Counted from the first letter of the stretch, positions 10,108 through 20,495 are shown. The stretch: 64,000 nucleotides of DNA from an uncultured Roseivirgaceae bacterium (GCA_964551035.1 CAZKBK010000009.1:8662-72661), one strand, 5' to 3'. The notes: a model not told the origin generated them from the letters alone. Made by a program: numbers and translations.

Positions 10108-11203
10108 TTAATCTTTTGCCATCCGCACTACACGCGGATAGAATTTACCTTCTACCGTTACCAACGTCGTCTGGCTCTTCATGACCAGTTCGATGTCCTT
10201 GTACGCCAGGGGTGCCTCTTCGGCGCTACCGCCGATGAGTGTCACGCGTTCACTTTGTACCACTTTTTTCAGGCTGGACATTGTGATCGCGTGTTTCGCT
10301 TTCTGCCGCGACATCCTTCTTCCCGCCCCGTGCGCCGCGGAGTTGAGGGACGATTCATTTCCCATACCGCGTACCACGTAACCGGGCGCGACCATGTTTC
10401 CGGGGATGATGCCCGCCACCCCCGCTCCCGCCGGCGTCGCACCCTTGCGATGGACGATGTACGCGTTGCCGTCATGCAACGTCTCCTTCCATGCGAAGTT
10501 GTGATGGTTCTCCACCGTTGCCAGCACCTCGGCGCCCAGCGCCTCGCAGATATTCGCATGTATCACGTCATGACACGCCCGGGCGTACGCGCCCGCGAGG
10601 TTCATCGCCAGCCAGTACTCCTGTCCCGCTTCGCTGTCGAGGTCTAGCCACGCGAGGTGTTTCGCCTCCGTGGGAAGTTTGCACTTCGCCATCGCGATGT
10701 CGGTGTAGTGCTTCGCCACATTGGCACCAAGGCCCCGCGACCCGGAGTGCGAAAGTATCGCCGTGTACATCCCTGCCGCGAGGCCCAGTTCATTTTGCGG
10801 AAAAACCTCGATGCGGCCAAGCTCCACGAAGTGGTTTCCCGACCCCGAGCTCCCGAGTTGCCTGACGGCCTTGCCGTGCAGCCTGCGCAGGAGATCCGTC
10901 CGGTTGAAGTCTGCATGGTCCAGCACGGCATGCTGTTGTTTTTCCTCCAGGCCCCCGTCGTTGCCGAAATGCGTGTGGCGCCTTAGTTGACTTTGCCACC
11001 AGCTTGTATGCCAGCAGCCTCAACTTGTCGTCGTCAACATACGCTTCGGGCGTCGCCAGCACCCTGGTGATCAAACTCAATTTTTCTTCATTCGGCAGGT
11101 GTTTGTAATGCCTGTTCATAATATTCAGCGACAGGCTTTTCGCCACTTCCGACGGGAAGCTGATCGCTGAAAGGTCCTTGATATTCAGTTTCTGTTTGCC
11201 CAT
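10108..11203 (-). pseudogene. rtcB: RtcB-family RNA ligase, disrupted (frameshift plus apparent loss of the central metal-binding segment)
   Basis: The N-terminal 70-odd codons (MGKQKLNIKDLSAISFPSEVAKSL...LLAYKLVAK) lie in one frame (11203 down to ~10985). The rest lies in another frame, preceded by an in-frame TAG at 10986-10984. That part has the RtcB motifs GSSGSGNHFVELG, NHHNFAWKE, IVHRKGATPA and SAAHGAGRRMSR. The expected MPDAH..GYG / GVDIGC(G/R) block between the two parts is absent. Confidence 0.6.
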
Positions 11204-11325
11204 AATTCAGCACCACGGCTTGTAGCCGCGTTTTGGCCGTGCAGAGACCACGCTGCCTGAAAAGGCGGCGCAGTCATATCACACCCAAAGCCTGTGCGTG
11301 ACTTGTTTGTGTTGTTAAATAATGA

Positions 11326-11379
11326 TTTTTGAAAAAGACAAAGCAGGGACGTTCCGGTAGTTTGCTACCGGCGCTGCTT
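11326..11379 (-). terminator. Two-tier hairpin followed by a T-run on the minus strand (candidate intrinsic terminator)
   Basis: On the plus strand: AAGCAG-ggacgtt-CCGGTAG-tttg-CTACCGG-cg-CTGCTT (11341-11379). On the minus strand the hairpin is followed by TGTCTTTTTCAAAAA. It lies ~270 nt downstream of the adhesin stop codon (11652). Confidence 0.4.
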
Positions 11380-11651
11380 AGGGGCGATATGGGAACTCAG
11401 TACCAGCATAGCTTCCTCTTTTTAAGATGGTCGCAATAGCGGTGAAATGCGGACACAAAAATAGTGCGTGCGATTCAAACGGCAATGACCGGAGCGAAAA
11501 ATTTCAAAAGTTGGAATTCTTCCAGATAGGATGGATCACCTTCTCGGTGCGAATGTTGATGCATCGGTAGAACCGGGGGCAGATAATTCGATCCCTGTCG
11601 GGTGAATGTCAGGCGATTGGCCCGCTCCCAAAAGTTGAACTTATCACAACA

Positions 11652-14600
11652 CTACTTTCTAACTAGCCGCTGAACGGAGCGGTGCGACTGGTTCTTCACT
11701 TCGATGACATAAATTCCTTTTGGAAGGTCGGAAAGGTCAAGTGTCAGGTGGTCTTCGGTCCCGCGGTACGCCGTCGTCCATACGATCCCATTCAACGTGT
11801 TGTAGACCGTTATATCCGTCGGCATATTTGTTCCGCGGATGAATTCAATCCACAAGGCGCCATCGGTTGGGTTGGGATATATTTTCATCCTTTGTGATGC
11901 GGACGATTCGGCGCTGGTCACAAGATCTACCACCAGTTCGTGCGATACCGGCGTTGCGGGCTCATAGAAATCATTACCATTTTGTTCCGCGGTGAGGGTC
12001 GTGATGCCCGGGCCCATGATCGTCACCCTGGTCCCAATCACCTCGGCCACCGCCGGATCACTGCTGGTCAGCGAAACTTCAAGGCCGGAGGTTGCCGTGA
12101 CCTCCAGGGTAAACGGTTCATCAAGGGTAGTCACCGGCGCGGGAGCTTCAAAAGTGATTTCCTGGCTTGCCCTGTGTACGTCAAGCGTTCGGCTTACTGA
12201 CGGCGCGGCTGCGTAGCGTGCGTCCCCCTCCTGGGTGGCCGTGATCGTGGTGGTGCCAACGCCGACAATGGTTACCAGGTTGTCGGCCACCGTAGCCACC
12301 AGCGGGTTGCTGCTCGCATAGACCACGGGAAGCGCCGAAGATGCCGTGGCATTAAGGGAAAAGGGTTCATCTCCGAACGCCTTGTCTGCCAGCGCCTCGA
12401 AGGTGATCGTCTGCGGATCCCTGACCACGAGATCGACGAACACGGCCGGGGCTTCAAAAAAATTCTCATTGCCATTTTGAACGGCCATGATCTGCGTAAC
12501 ACCGGCACCGACAAGCGTAACCGTATTATCGACCACAAAGGCGACCTGCACATCGGTCGAAAAGAACCCCACCGGAAGTCCGGAACTGGAAGTTGCCGAT
12601 AGCTGGAACGGAACATCTGTCGTCAACTTTTCGGGCAAGGGGCTAAATGTTATCGTTTGGCCTGCCTTCTCCACGATGAGCTGGCGGGCACTTTCACTGG
12701 CGGCATCAAAGTTTGCGTCTCCCGGCTGCGCAGCGGTAATGGTGGCAAATCCTGCTTTGTGGATGGAAAGCATGTTCCCCGCAATGGTGGCAACGGCAGG
12801 ATTGCTGCTCTCGTAGGTGACGGGAAGGCCGGAAGACGCTGTGGCGGTAAGTTCCACATCATCCTGACCATAGGTCATGATCTCAAATTCGCCGAAGCTG
12901 ATAGACTGGCTGGCCTTGAATACACTCAGCCCTTGTTGTTCGACGGCATCTTCATAGTTTATGCTCCCGGTCTGCATGGCCGAGATGACCGCCGTCCCTG
13001 CCCCGGTGATCGTCACCATATCGCCCTCCACCGTTGCCACGAGTGGATCACTGCTAGAAAACGAAACAGGCAACCCGGAACTCGAGGTTGCAGAAAGTTG
13101 GAACGCTCCGGCACCGTAGACCACATCTTCGAAGTTGCTGAAGTCAATGTATTGTGTAGCGCGACCCACCGCCAGGATCTGCGCTGCGCTCGTCGGCTCA
13201 AAAGTTCCGTTTCCGGTTTGCCGCGCAGTTATTTCCGTTTCGCCGGCGCCGACGATCGTTACCGTGTTGCCTGAAATCGTGGCTACACTGGTATTGGAAC
13301 TCTCAAAAGTCAGGCTCAGGCCCGAAGTCGTGGTGGCGTCCAGCATGAAAGGGGCATCGCCGTAGATCTTATCTGTCGGCAAAGGTGCAAAGTCTATGAC
13401 CTGCGTCAACTTTTTAACCGTCAGTGTTTGTTCGACCGCGGCGGCGGGCTTGTAATTCGAGTTGCCTGGCTCCGACGCCGTGATCACCGTCGTGCCCGGG
13501 CCCACAATCGACACGGCGTCGCCGGACACGATCGCCACGGAAGTATTGCTGCTGGTGTACGCGACCGGAAGACCGGACGATGATGATGCCGTCAGTACGA
13601 AAGGATCATCATCGATTCTCTTTACTTCCAGTGGACCGAAATTGATCACCTGATCTGCTTTGGATACCGTGAGCGTTTTTTCAACCGGGGAAGCTTCTGC
13701 CCAGAACGCGTTACCCGGTTGCGTAGCGGTAATGATCGTTTCACCTGCGCCCACAAGGGTCACGTTGTTAAGGGTAACCGTGGCCACGTTGGTATTGCTG
13801 CTGGAATACACGATCCCAAGGCCGGACGAGGCTGTGAGGGGAAGCGTGAAATCTGCATCTCCAAAGGTTTTTGGAGCAATGTCGTCAAGGGTAATCGTCT
13901 GTGTGTCCTTGACGCGAAATGCCCGGTCGACATTGGGCGCAGCCAGGTAGTTTGAATTTCCGGCCTGGCTGGCCTTGATACTCACCAGTCCCGTGCCGAC
14001 GATCGTGACGATGTTACCATTGACCGTGACTACATCCGTATTCGAACTTTCGAAAGTCACAAGCAATCCGGAGGAAGCGGTCGCGCTTATTTCAAAATCC
14101 TCGTCGCCAATCACCCGGTCCGGGAGCGGGTCAAACGCAATGGTCTGCGACGCGGGCAGCACGTTAATCAACGCTTCCGCGCGGGCCGAAATCCATGAGC
14201 CAGGGTCGGCAGGTTCAAAGTCGACGGACAGAACCTGGTTGTCACCAACGTTCAGGATCGTTCCGGCCGGAGGGTCATAGGTGAATGTTCCCGGGACTGT
14301 GGTCGTGGCTTTCAACTGTGTGCTGCTCAGCGGTGTACCATAGTTGATATTGTTGAGCGACGGCCATGTGATGACGGGTGTCCCCTTTCCACCGTGGACC
14401 CGCGTCACACGGTTCCGGCCGACATTTCTGTACTGAATGAATTCCCCTACGATTACGACCTTGTCATCCGACTGAATCGCGATAGCATAAACATGCCGGT
14501 TTGGTCCAATGTGGGTATTGAACGCGAAGTCATGCGTACCGTCGGAATACAACCGGGCCACATTCCAGGCACTTCTGCCATTCAGCATGGTAAAATTTCC

Positions 14601-16649
14601 GCCGACGAAAATTTTTCCGTCCTGGTGAATCGTGATGGCTTCGATCGTACCGTTGACACCGGTGCCGACTGAAAATTCGGGGTCGATCGAACCATCGGAA
14701 TGAAGCCGGGCCATCCTGTTCGCCGTTGATCCATCATAGGTCGTGAACGAACCGCCAATGAGTATCCACTGGTCGGGCAGCACCTTAATCTCTTCAATGA
14801 AGTTGTCGGTTCCTAGGCCGACGTCGAACGTCTCGTCGAGTGCGCCGTTAGCATCCAGTCTTGCCAGCCGCGCCCTGGATACGTCGTTGTAGGTGGAGAA
14901 ACTCCCCCCTATCAGCACCCTGCCGTCATCCTGAACTGCCATGGTATGGACGGCTCCGTCCGTCCCGGTGCCAGGGTCAAAAGTTGCGTCAAGGCTCCCG
15001 TCTGCATTGAGCCTGGCGATGCGCTTTCGGGCGACACCGTTGAACGATTGAAACGCCCCGGCCACAAGTATCTTACCGTCCTCCTGCAGCGCGAGGCAAT
15101 AGGCACTGCCATTGAGGCCGGTCCCGGGATCGAACGATGTGTCCAGCGAGCCATCGGCGTGGATGCGCGCAATTCGGTTGCGAGACGTATTGTTGTAAGT
15201 TTGAAAGGTCCCGGCAACGACGATTTTTCCATCGGGTTGGATGGCTATCGACCGGACCTGTCCTGTACCGTCACCGGGATCGAAGGTCTCATCAATTGAG
15301 CCGTCGGCATTCAGGCGCGCAATCCCGTTACGCGCTACACCGTTGTATCCGAAAAAACCTCCGGCGATGATGATCTTTCCGTCGGGCAACAGCTTTGCGT
15401 CGTAGACGGTGCCGCTGGCGCCGTATCCCTGCAAAACGCTCTCGTCCGCGCCGCCGCCCGGGAGGAGGCGTATCAAAGATCTTGCGCTTCTTCCATTGTA
15501 ACTTGTGAAGTTTCCGCCGATCAGTATCCGTTCACTGGCATCAACCCCTATGCATTGCACAGTTTTATTCGGTCCCGAGATGCCCGTACCGGTGTCAAAT
15601 GCAATGTCGATTGAGCCATCGGCATTCAACCTGGCTATGCCGGACAGCGCCGTTCCATTATAATCGGTGAAGGTCCCGCCCACCAGGATCTTGTTGTCTG
15701 CCTGGACGGTGATAGCACGCACAAAGCTGTTGAAGCCCGTTCCGGCCGCGAATGTGTTGTCAATGCTTCCATCTTCGTTGAGGCGCAGAATTCTTCCGTG
15801 CGCGGCTCCATTGAAGTTGTTAAAAGAGCCTCCGATCAGGATTTTTCCGTCGTTCAGTACCTTAATGATGTCGACCGGCTGCGCTGCACCGGAACCGGGG
15901 TCAAACGTTTCATCGATGGTGCCGTCGGTGTTCAACCTCGCCAAGCGTCCTGCGGCAGTCCCGTCATAACTCGTGAAGTATCCACCGATCAGGATCTTTC
16001 CATCGTCCTGTACGGCGACGCCTGTAAGCCGGGCATTTGGCCCTGTTCCGGGCGTGAACGTTTCATCGAGGGAGCCATCCGCATTTAGTCTAACCAGATA
16101 CTTCACCGGAACTTCATTAAACGTTTCGAAATCGCCAGCGATGATGATCTTGCCATCGCCCTGAACGGCGATCGCGCGGATGTAGTTGTCGGCGCTCTGG
16201 CCCGGGTCAAAACTGGGATCAAGGGTGCCGTCGGTATTCAGCCGGGCCATGTTCTTGATGGAGGTTCCGCCGTAGGTATTGAAGAATCCGCCCACAATTA
16301 TTTTGCCGTCGGCCTGCACTACCGCGGCGTCCGGTCCGTCCGATCCGGTAAATCCGTTGGCGAAAGTCGGGTCTCTGGTCCCATCTTCGTTCAGGGCCAC
16401 GACAGCGCCGGTGTTCTTCCCCTGAAATGTGGAAAAATTCCCGAAGATCAGGTGCTTACCCTCCGGCAGCGGAACGATTCCGTAAACATGGTTATTGAAG
16501 CCATCGCCCAGGCCGTCACCCAAATCAGTCGGGTTAAAGGTCTCGTCCAGATTCCCGGCCTCTTGCGCGGAAACGCTGGCGGGAATTTGAGAAACGAAAA
16601 AAATAATGACGGGGCTGAGCAGAAGGGTCTTGATACAGGTTCTTTTCAC
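11652..16649 (-). CDS. Giant T9SS-secreted surface protein: ~14 delta-60/beta-propeller repeats, an MBG-like domain, 9 Big_2-like Ig repeats and a Por/T9SS C-terminal sorting domain
   Basis: About 14 repeats of ~52 aa (RLNADGSLDETFTPGTG..., RLNADGSIDETFDPGDG..., RLNADGSLDATFDPGTG...GGSFSTYNDVSRARLA). One MBG-like module follows (ITWPSLNNINYGTPLSSTQLKATTTVPGTFTYDP). Then come nine ~85-aa repeats (Q.I.F..L....GD.PF.L.ATASSGLPV.Y.SSN..VATV.GN.VTIVG.G...ITA.Q.GN.N). The C-terminus KIYPNPTDGALWIEF...GIYVIEVKNQSHRSVQRLV is a T9SS CTD. There is no ATG at the 5' end. GTG at 16649 gives MKRTCIKTLLLSPVIIFFVSQIPASVSAQE, a signal peptide; TTG at 16700 is the alternative. Confidence 0.9.
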   Translation of the reverse strand: MKRTCIKTLLLSPVIIFFVSQIPASVSAQEAGNLDETFNPTDLGDGLGDGFNNHVYGIVPLPEGKHLIFGNFSTFQGKNTGAVVALNEDGTRDPTFANGFTGSDGPDAAVVQADGKIIVGGFFNTYGGTSIKNMARLNTDGTLDPSFDPGQSADNYIRAIAVQGDGKIIIAGDFETFNEVPVKYLVRLNADGSLDETFTPGTGPNARLTGVAVQDDGKILIGGYFTSYDGTAAGRLARLNTDGTIDETFDPGSGAAQPVDIIKVLNDGKILIGGSFNNFNGAAHGRILRLNEDGSIDNTFAAGTGFNSFVRAITVQADNKILVGGTFTDYNGTALSGIARLNADGSIDIAFDTGTGISGPNKTVQCIGVDASERILIGGNFTSYNGRSARSLIRLLPGGGADESVLQGYGASGTVYDAKLLPDGKIIIAGGFFGYNGVARNGIARLNADGSIDETFDPGDGTGQVRSIAIQPDGKIVVAGTFQTYNNTSRNRIARIHADGSLDTSFDPGTGLNGSAYCLALQEDGKILVAGAFQSFNGVARKRIARLNADGSLDATFDPGTGTDGAVHTMAVQDDGRVLIGGSFSTYNDVSRARLARLDANGALDETFDVGLGTDNFIEEIKVLPDQWILIGGSFTTYDGSTANRMARLHSDGSIDPEFSVGTGVNGTIEAITIHQDGKIFVGGNFTMLNGRSAWNVARLYSDGTHDFAFNTHIGPNRHVYAIAIQSDDKVVIVGEFIQYRNVGRNRVTRVHGGKGTPVITWPSLNNINYGTPLSSTQLKATTTVPGTFTYDPPAGTILNVGDNQVLSVDFEPADPGSWISARAEALINVLPASQTIAFDPLPDRVIGDEDFEISATASSGLLVTFESSNTDVVTVNGNIVTIVGTGLVSIKASQAGNSNYLAAPNVDRAFRVKDTQTITLDDIAPKTFGDADFTLPLTASSGLGIVYSSSNTNVATVTLNNVTLVGAGETIITATQPGNAFWAEASPVEKTLTVSKADQVINFGPLEVKRIDDDPFVLTASSSSGLPVAYTSSNTSVAIVSGDAVSIVGPGTTVITASEPGNSNYKPAAAVEQTLTVKKLTQVIDFAPLPTDKIYGDAPFMLDATTTSGLSLTFESSNTSVATISGNTVTIVGAGETEITARQTGNGTFEPTSAAQILAVGRATQYIDFSNFEDVVYGAGAFQLSATSSSGLPVSFSSSDPLVATVEGDMVTITGAGTAVISAMQTGSINYEDAVEQQGLSVFKASQSISFGEFEIMTYGQDDVELTATASSGLPVTYESSNPAVATIAGNMLSIHKAGFATITAAQPGDANFDAASESARQLIVEKAGQTITFSPLPEKLTTDVPFQLSATSSSGLPVGFFSTDVQVAFVVDNTVTLVGAGVTQIMAVQNGNENFFEAPAVFVDLVVRDPQTITFEALADKAFGDEPFSLNATASSALPVVYASSNPLVATVADNLVTIVGVGTTTITATQEGDARYAAAPSVSRTLDVHRASQEITFEAPAPVTTLDEPFTLEVTATSGLEVSLTSSDPAVAEVIGTRVTIMGPGITTLTAEQNGNDFYEPATPVSHELVVDLVTSAESSASQRMKIYPNPTDGALWIEFIRGTNMPTDITVYNTLNGIVWTTAYRGTEDHLTLDLSDLPKGIYVIEVKNQSHRSVQRLVRK

Positions 16650-16940
16650 AGGACGGGATTTTGCCCAAAGGTATGAAAAGGTGCCCGTCCGCCAAACCAA
16701 AAAAAACTGTCGGGAATGTTACAGCCGAGAGCGTAGCGCAGCGCGCTGCGTGGATCAGGGGAGCCTTGGCCGTTGTGGCGCAATGTCTCGTCACGTTAAC
16801 GACAACCCCAAGCCACAAAAAGGGCGCGTTGCCCATCCTGATCACCCTGCTCTCCGCGCTTTCCCAAAACCCAACCCGGTGGCTAGGTCAAAATCCGCCG
16901 GCATCCCCAAGCAGGATACCCGTCCCTACCTGTGAAACTG

Positions 16941-19340
16941 TCACTCGTACCGCAGCGCCTTCACGGGATTCGCCCGCGCCGACCGGACCGTGTGGTAGCT
17001 GATGGTCGCCAACGCAATGCCTAGTGCGATCACGGCGCCCAGCACAAATACCAGCAGGTTAACGTCAACCCTGTACGCGAAGTTCTCGAGCCATTTTGTG
17101 AGCAGCCAGTACGTGACGGGACTCGATATCACGAAGGATATGGCGATGAGCAAAGTAAAATTCGCCGACAACAGCACGGTGATCTGCCGTTCGGAGGCGC
17201 CGAGTACCTTGCGGATGCCGATCTCCTTTGTTTTCCTTTCCGTGGTGATAGCGGCAAGGCCAAACAATCCCATGCAGGAAATGAGGATCGCCAGGCCCGC
17301 CATGATCGTCACCACCGATCCCATTTGCCGGTCAGACCGGTAAAGCCGTTCAAAGTGCTCGTCGAGGAAGGAATAGTCGAACGGGTAGGTGATGTACCGA
17401 TTCCACGTATCGCGGATGAAGGCGATGGCCTCTTCGGCGTGGGCGCCGTCGATCTTCACGCTCATCTCACTGTAGCCCCATTCGGGGTGCACCGACATCT
17501 GAAGCGTGTTGATCTTGTAGTGCAGGGAATTGAAATTGAAGTCTTTGGCTACGCCGATGATGGTGCCCAGGGTGTCGTCGTGATACCAGCCCATGCCAGC
17601 CTGTGTGCCAACCGTTTCCTTCAGGCCCAGTTCTTCGGCAAAGGATTCGTTGATGATAAAGGCGAAGTCCTTGTCCGTCGGAATATCCTTCGAAAATCCC
17701 CTTCCCTCCGTCAGGGCGATGCCATAGACGGAGAGGTATTCATAATCGACATTTACGTTCGAGGGCGTGATCCGGAATACGCCGGTATCGGACTTGACCT
17801 TGAAGCCCGTTTGATGAAAGTTCTCTCCCAGGCGCTGGCCACTGGCCGTGACGCCGTAGATGAGCGGGCTTCGTTTCAGTTCCGTGCGCAGCATCTCAAA
17901 CTTTTCGTTCGCCTCCTGGTTCATGTCGACCAACATGATCTGGTCTTTGTTGAAGCCGAGGTCCTTGTTTTGCATGAACGACAGTTGCTGGAGCACCACG
18001 AGCGTACTCACGATCATCGCCAGCGCCAACCCGAACTGCACGATCACCAGGCCACTCCTGAAGACCGAACGTCCGCCGACTCCTTTTCCTCCTCCTTTCA
18101 GCACACGTGCCATGTTGAAAGAAGTCATGTAAAAAGATGGATAAAGCCCGGTCACGAGCCCCAGCCCGAGCGTCACCGCCAGGAGGTAGCCAAGGCTCAG
18201 TGGTTCATTGAACAGCGGTCCGAGCGTAAGTTGGCGGCCGATGGCCTGGTTGACCAGGGGTAATGCCGCGAAATTGATCACCGCAGCAAATATCAACGAC
18301 ATGAATGCCAGGAGCGTCGATTCGAAAATGAACTGAACGAAAAGCTGGAGTTTCTTCGCCCCCACCGTTTTGCGGACGCCGATCTCTTTCCAACGATGGG
18401 AAGCTCGGGCCGTGGTCAGGTTCATGAAGTTTACCCCGGCGATCAGCAGGATGAAAACGCCAACGATCGTAAAGACATCGAGGTAGGCGCCGTTGAATTT
18501 CCGGTAGTTGTTGTAGTCGTGTTCGACGTCGGTGGAAGCCAGGTGCACCTGGTCGAGTTGCTGCAGCCACAGGACGTAGTATTTGTTGATGTCCGGATCA
18601 TCCATGTGACGCCTCAGGAACGCGGGGAACTTGCCCTCCAGGGCGCTGATGTCTGCATTCGGGTGAAGCTCCAGGTAGGTGTTGAGGAAGTTTGAACCCC
18701 AGCGGTCGTTGAACTGCGGGTTTTCGCTTGTGATGGTGGTCATGGAGACGAGCGCATCGAACTTCATGTGTGAATTCTCCGGTACATCCTCCAGGATGCC
18801 CGTCACCTTGTATTCCCTGCCGTTGAAAGTGAGCGTATTCCCCATCGCTTCGTCAATACTGTTGAAGAATTTCAGGGCGGTGGCTTCCGTGACCATCATC
18901 GTGTTGGGGTCGTCGAGGGCCGTCGCTTTGTCACCGTCGATCACTTCAAAGTCGAACATGTCGAGGAAGGTGCTGTCGACCGTGGCAACGAAGGGGAGCA
19001 GGAAGCGCTTGTCGTCCTTCACGACGAGCTGTTTAGGCCGACACATAAATCGCGCGTAGTTCACGACCTCGGGGAACTCCTTTAGTATAAACGGCCCCAT
19101 TCCGGGCATGGAAAGGGCCACCTTCTGGAGGTTTGTTCCGGGGAAGTTCTGTACTTCGTTCAGGCGATAGAGGTTCTCCTTCCTGGTGTGAAACGCATCG
19201 AAGCTTTTTTCGTCCCTGATAAAGAGAAAGATCACCATGCAGCACGCCAATCCGATCGCAAGGCTGAATATGTTGATGAAGGCGTACAGGGGGCTTTGGC
19301 GGATGTTGCGCCAGGCAACGGAGAAATAGTTTTTTAACAT
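16941..19340 (-). CDS. FtsX/MacB-like ABC transporter permease (duplicated FtsX domains, ~800-aa Bacteroidota type)
   Basis: 799 aa. The N-terminal TM helix (SPLYAFINIFSLAIGLACCMVIFLFI) is followed by a periplasmic domain. There are two FtsX 4-helix modules with the loops GVRKTVGAKKLQLFVQF and IGIRKVLGASERQITVLL. No cognate ATPase gene is adjacent. Confidence 0.9.
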   Translation of the reverse strand: MLKNYFSVAWRNIRQSPLYAFINIFSLAIGLACCMVIFLFIRDEKSFDAFHTRKENLYRLNEVQNFPGTNLQKVALSMPGMGPFILKEFPEVVNYARFMCRPKQLVVKDDKRFLLPFVATVDSTFLDMFDFEVIDGDKATALDDPNTMMVTEATALKFFNSIDEAMGNTLTFNGREYKVTGILEDVPENSHMKFDALVSMTTITSENPQFNDRWGSNFLNTYLELHPNADISALEGKFPAFLRRHMDDPDINKYYVLWLQQLDQVHLASTDVEHDYNNYRKFNGAYLDVFTIVGVFILLIAGVNFMNLTTARASHRWKEIGVRKTVGAKKLQLFVQFIFESTLLAFMSLIFAAVINFAALPLVNQAIGRQLTLGPLFNEPLSLGYLLAVTLGLGLVTGLYPSFYMTSFNMARVLKGGGKGVGGRSVFRSGLVIVQFGLALAMIVSTLVVLQQLSFMQNKDLGFNKDQIMLVDMNQEANEKFEMLRTELKRSPLIYGVTASGQRLGENFHQTGFKVKSDTGVFRITPSNVNVDYEYLSVYGIALTEGRGFSKDIPTDKDFAFIINESFAEELGLKETVGTQAGMGWYHDDTLGTIIGVAKDFNFNSLHYKINTLQMSVHPEWGYSEMSVKIDGAHAEEAIAFIRDTWNRYITYPFDYSFLDEHFERLYRSDRQMGSVVTIMAGLAILISCMGLFGLAAITTERKTKEIGIRKVLGASERQITVLLSANFTLLIAISFVISSPVTYWLLTKWLENFAYRVDVNLLVFVLGAVIALGIALATISYHTVRSARANPVKALRYE

Positions 19341-19562
19341 AACCTGATGGCTGGTGGTTTGTAGATGATGATACCTGCAAAAACAAATGAAGGTACGCTA
19401 AGCGCGTAAATATTTGCAGGAGACTGTCCGCAGGCCGTCGCGACCGGTCACTTGCGTGAAGTGAACGGCTTAAATTTTGCCCTGAATCATTCGGGATACC
19501 CCGCGATATCAATCCTCTAGTTTTGCTTGCCATAGAGTTCCATAAGCACCTGAAAATCTTTA

Positions 19563-19603
19563 TGGTATCGCAATGGTATCGCACCTTTTCAAAGGGTATC
19601 GGG
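19563..19603. promoter_or_regulatory. Three direct repeats (T/G)GGTATCG(C/G) in the divergent intergenic region; candidate regulator binding site
   Basis: TGGTATCGCA at 19563-19572 and again at 19574-19583 (11-bp phasing), and GGGTATCGGG at 19594-19603 (20 bp further on). The site lies between the divergent genes 16941..19340(-) and 19737..20495(+). Confidence 0.25.
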
Positions 19604-19736
19604 AGACCGTTGCGGGACAACCTGGTGCCTGTACGCGCCAGCCCTATGAAAGCGTGCGGAATTGCCCGTGGACGCTCATTTTTGTGCACCCTTATGGCAT
19701 TCCTTTTTTCGCCCCGGTGCGAAACTTCGAAATCCA

Positions 19737-20495
19737 ATGAAAAGAGTAATCGCTGCATCCACGCTGGCGGCCCTGGCGGTCGCGCTGGTAAACTGTTCCG
19801 ATCCATCCATCGCTCCTGCCGACCGGGAGAACCCTTCGGCTATTCGCAACACAGAGACCGGGACCACTCAGTCCACGGAAAGCACGCTTGTCCCCTACCA
19901 TTACGAGTCGTTGGATAACGGCACGGTAAAGCTCAGCTTTGAAAACCTGTCGGGCGATTCGATCAGGGGCGACGTGATCCGGGAAGGCGTTTCCTATCAA
20001 CAAAATGGAACCATCCTTCATGCATTTTCAGTGGCCAACGGCGGCTCGCACACGTTCGTGGATGATCGCGTGATCCCGGGAGAAACGTATCGCTATGTCT
20101 TCGAATACAAGGTGGGGGACACATTTGGGTTCGTCATCAACTTCGACACGGTGGATGTGGTGTCAACGGTCCCGGCCCTGGGGAATTTTCTACTCCTTCC
20201 GCCTGATGGTGGTGAGTCTTACGACTTCCTTTTTGACGGCCAAACGATTGATCTTTCACATGCCAACATAGTCGTGGAAACCGATGATGACCGCCTTACG
20301 CGATCCGTCGTTTTCAACCTCAACGGAACTACCTATACGGATAACCGCTATCCGTTCACCCTTTTCCCGGAAGGTACGGCAGATCTGCAGAACGGTTCCT
20401 ACGTACTTACAGCGATCGCCTACCCGAAAAAGAAAGGGCGGGGCGTACCGGGTGACACGGCAACGGTATCGTTCATGGTCAACAACATCTATTGA
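19737..20495 (+). CDS. Hypothetical lipoprotein
   Basis: ORF 19662..20495. The internal ATG at 19737 gives MKRVIAASTLAALAVALVNCSD, a lipobox. The protein is beta-rich and I do not recognise a family. Confidence 0.6.
   Translation: MKRVIAASTLAALAVALVNCSDPSIAPADRENPSAIRNTETGTTQSTESTLVPYHYESLDNGTVKLSFENLSGDSIRGDVIREGVSYQQNGTILHAFSVANGGSHTFVDDRVIPGETYRYVFEYKVGDTFGFVINFDTVDVVSTVPALGNFLLLPPDGGESYDFLFDGQTIDLSHANIVVETDDDRLTRSVVFNLNGTTYTDNRYPFTLFPEGTADLQNGSYVLTAIAYPKKKGRGVPGDTATVSFMVNNIY

Noticed and set aside
11381-11651. Small ORFs on the minus strand between the adhesin gene and the hairpin (for example the 29-aa MHQHSHREGDPSYLEEFQLLKFFAPVIAV and the 14-aa MLVLSSHIAPKQRR)
   Set aside because: They are too short, have no recognisable motif, and I cannot assess their conservation. 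Chance ORFs are likely.
19033-19806. 257-aa minus-strand ORF spanning the 5' end of the FtsX permease gene and the intergenic region
   Set aside because: It overlaps the well-supported permease N-terminus out of frame and runs through a divergent promoter region. Its sequence is low-complexity and Arg/Pro-rich.
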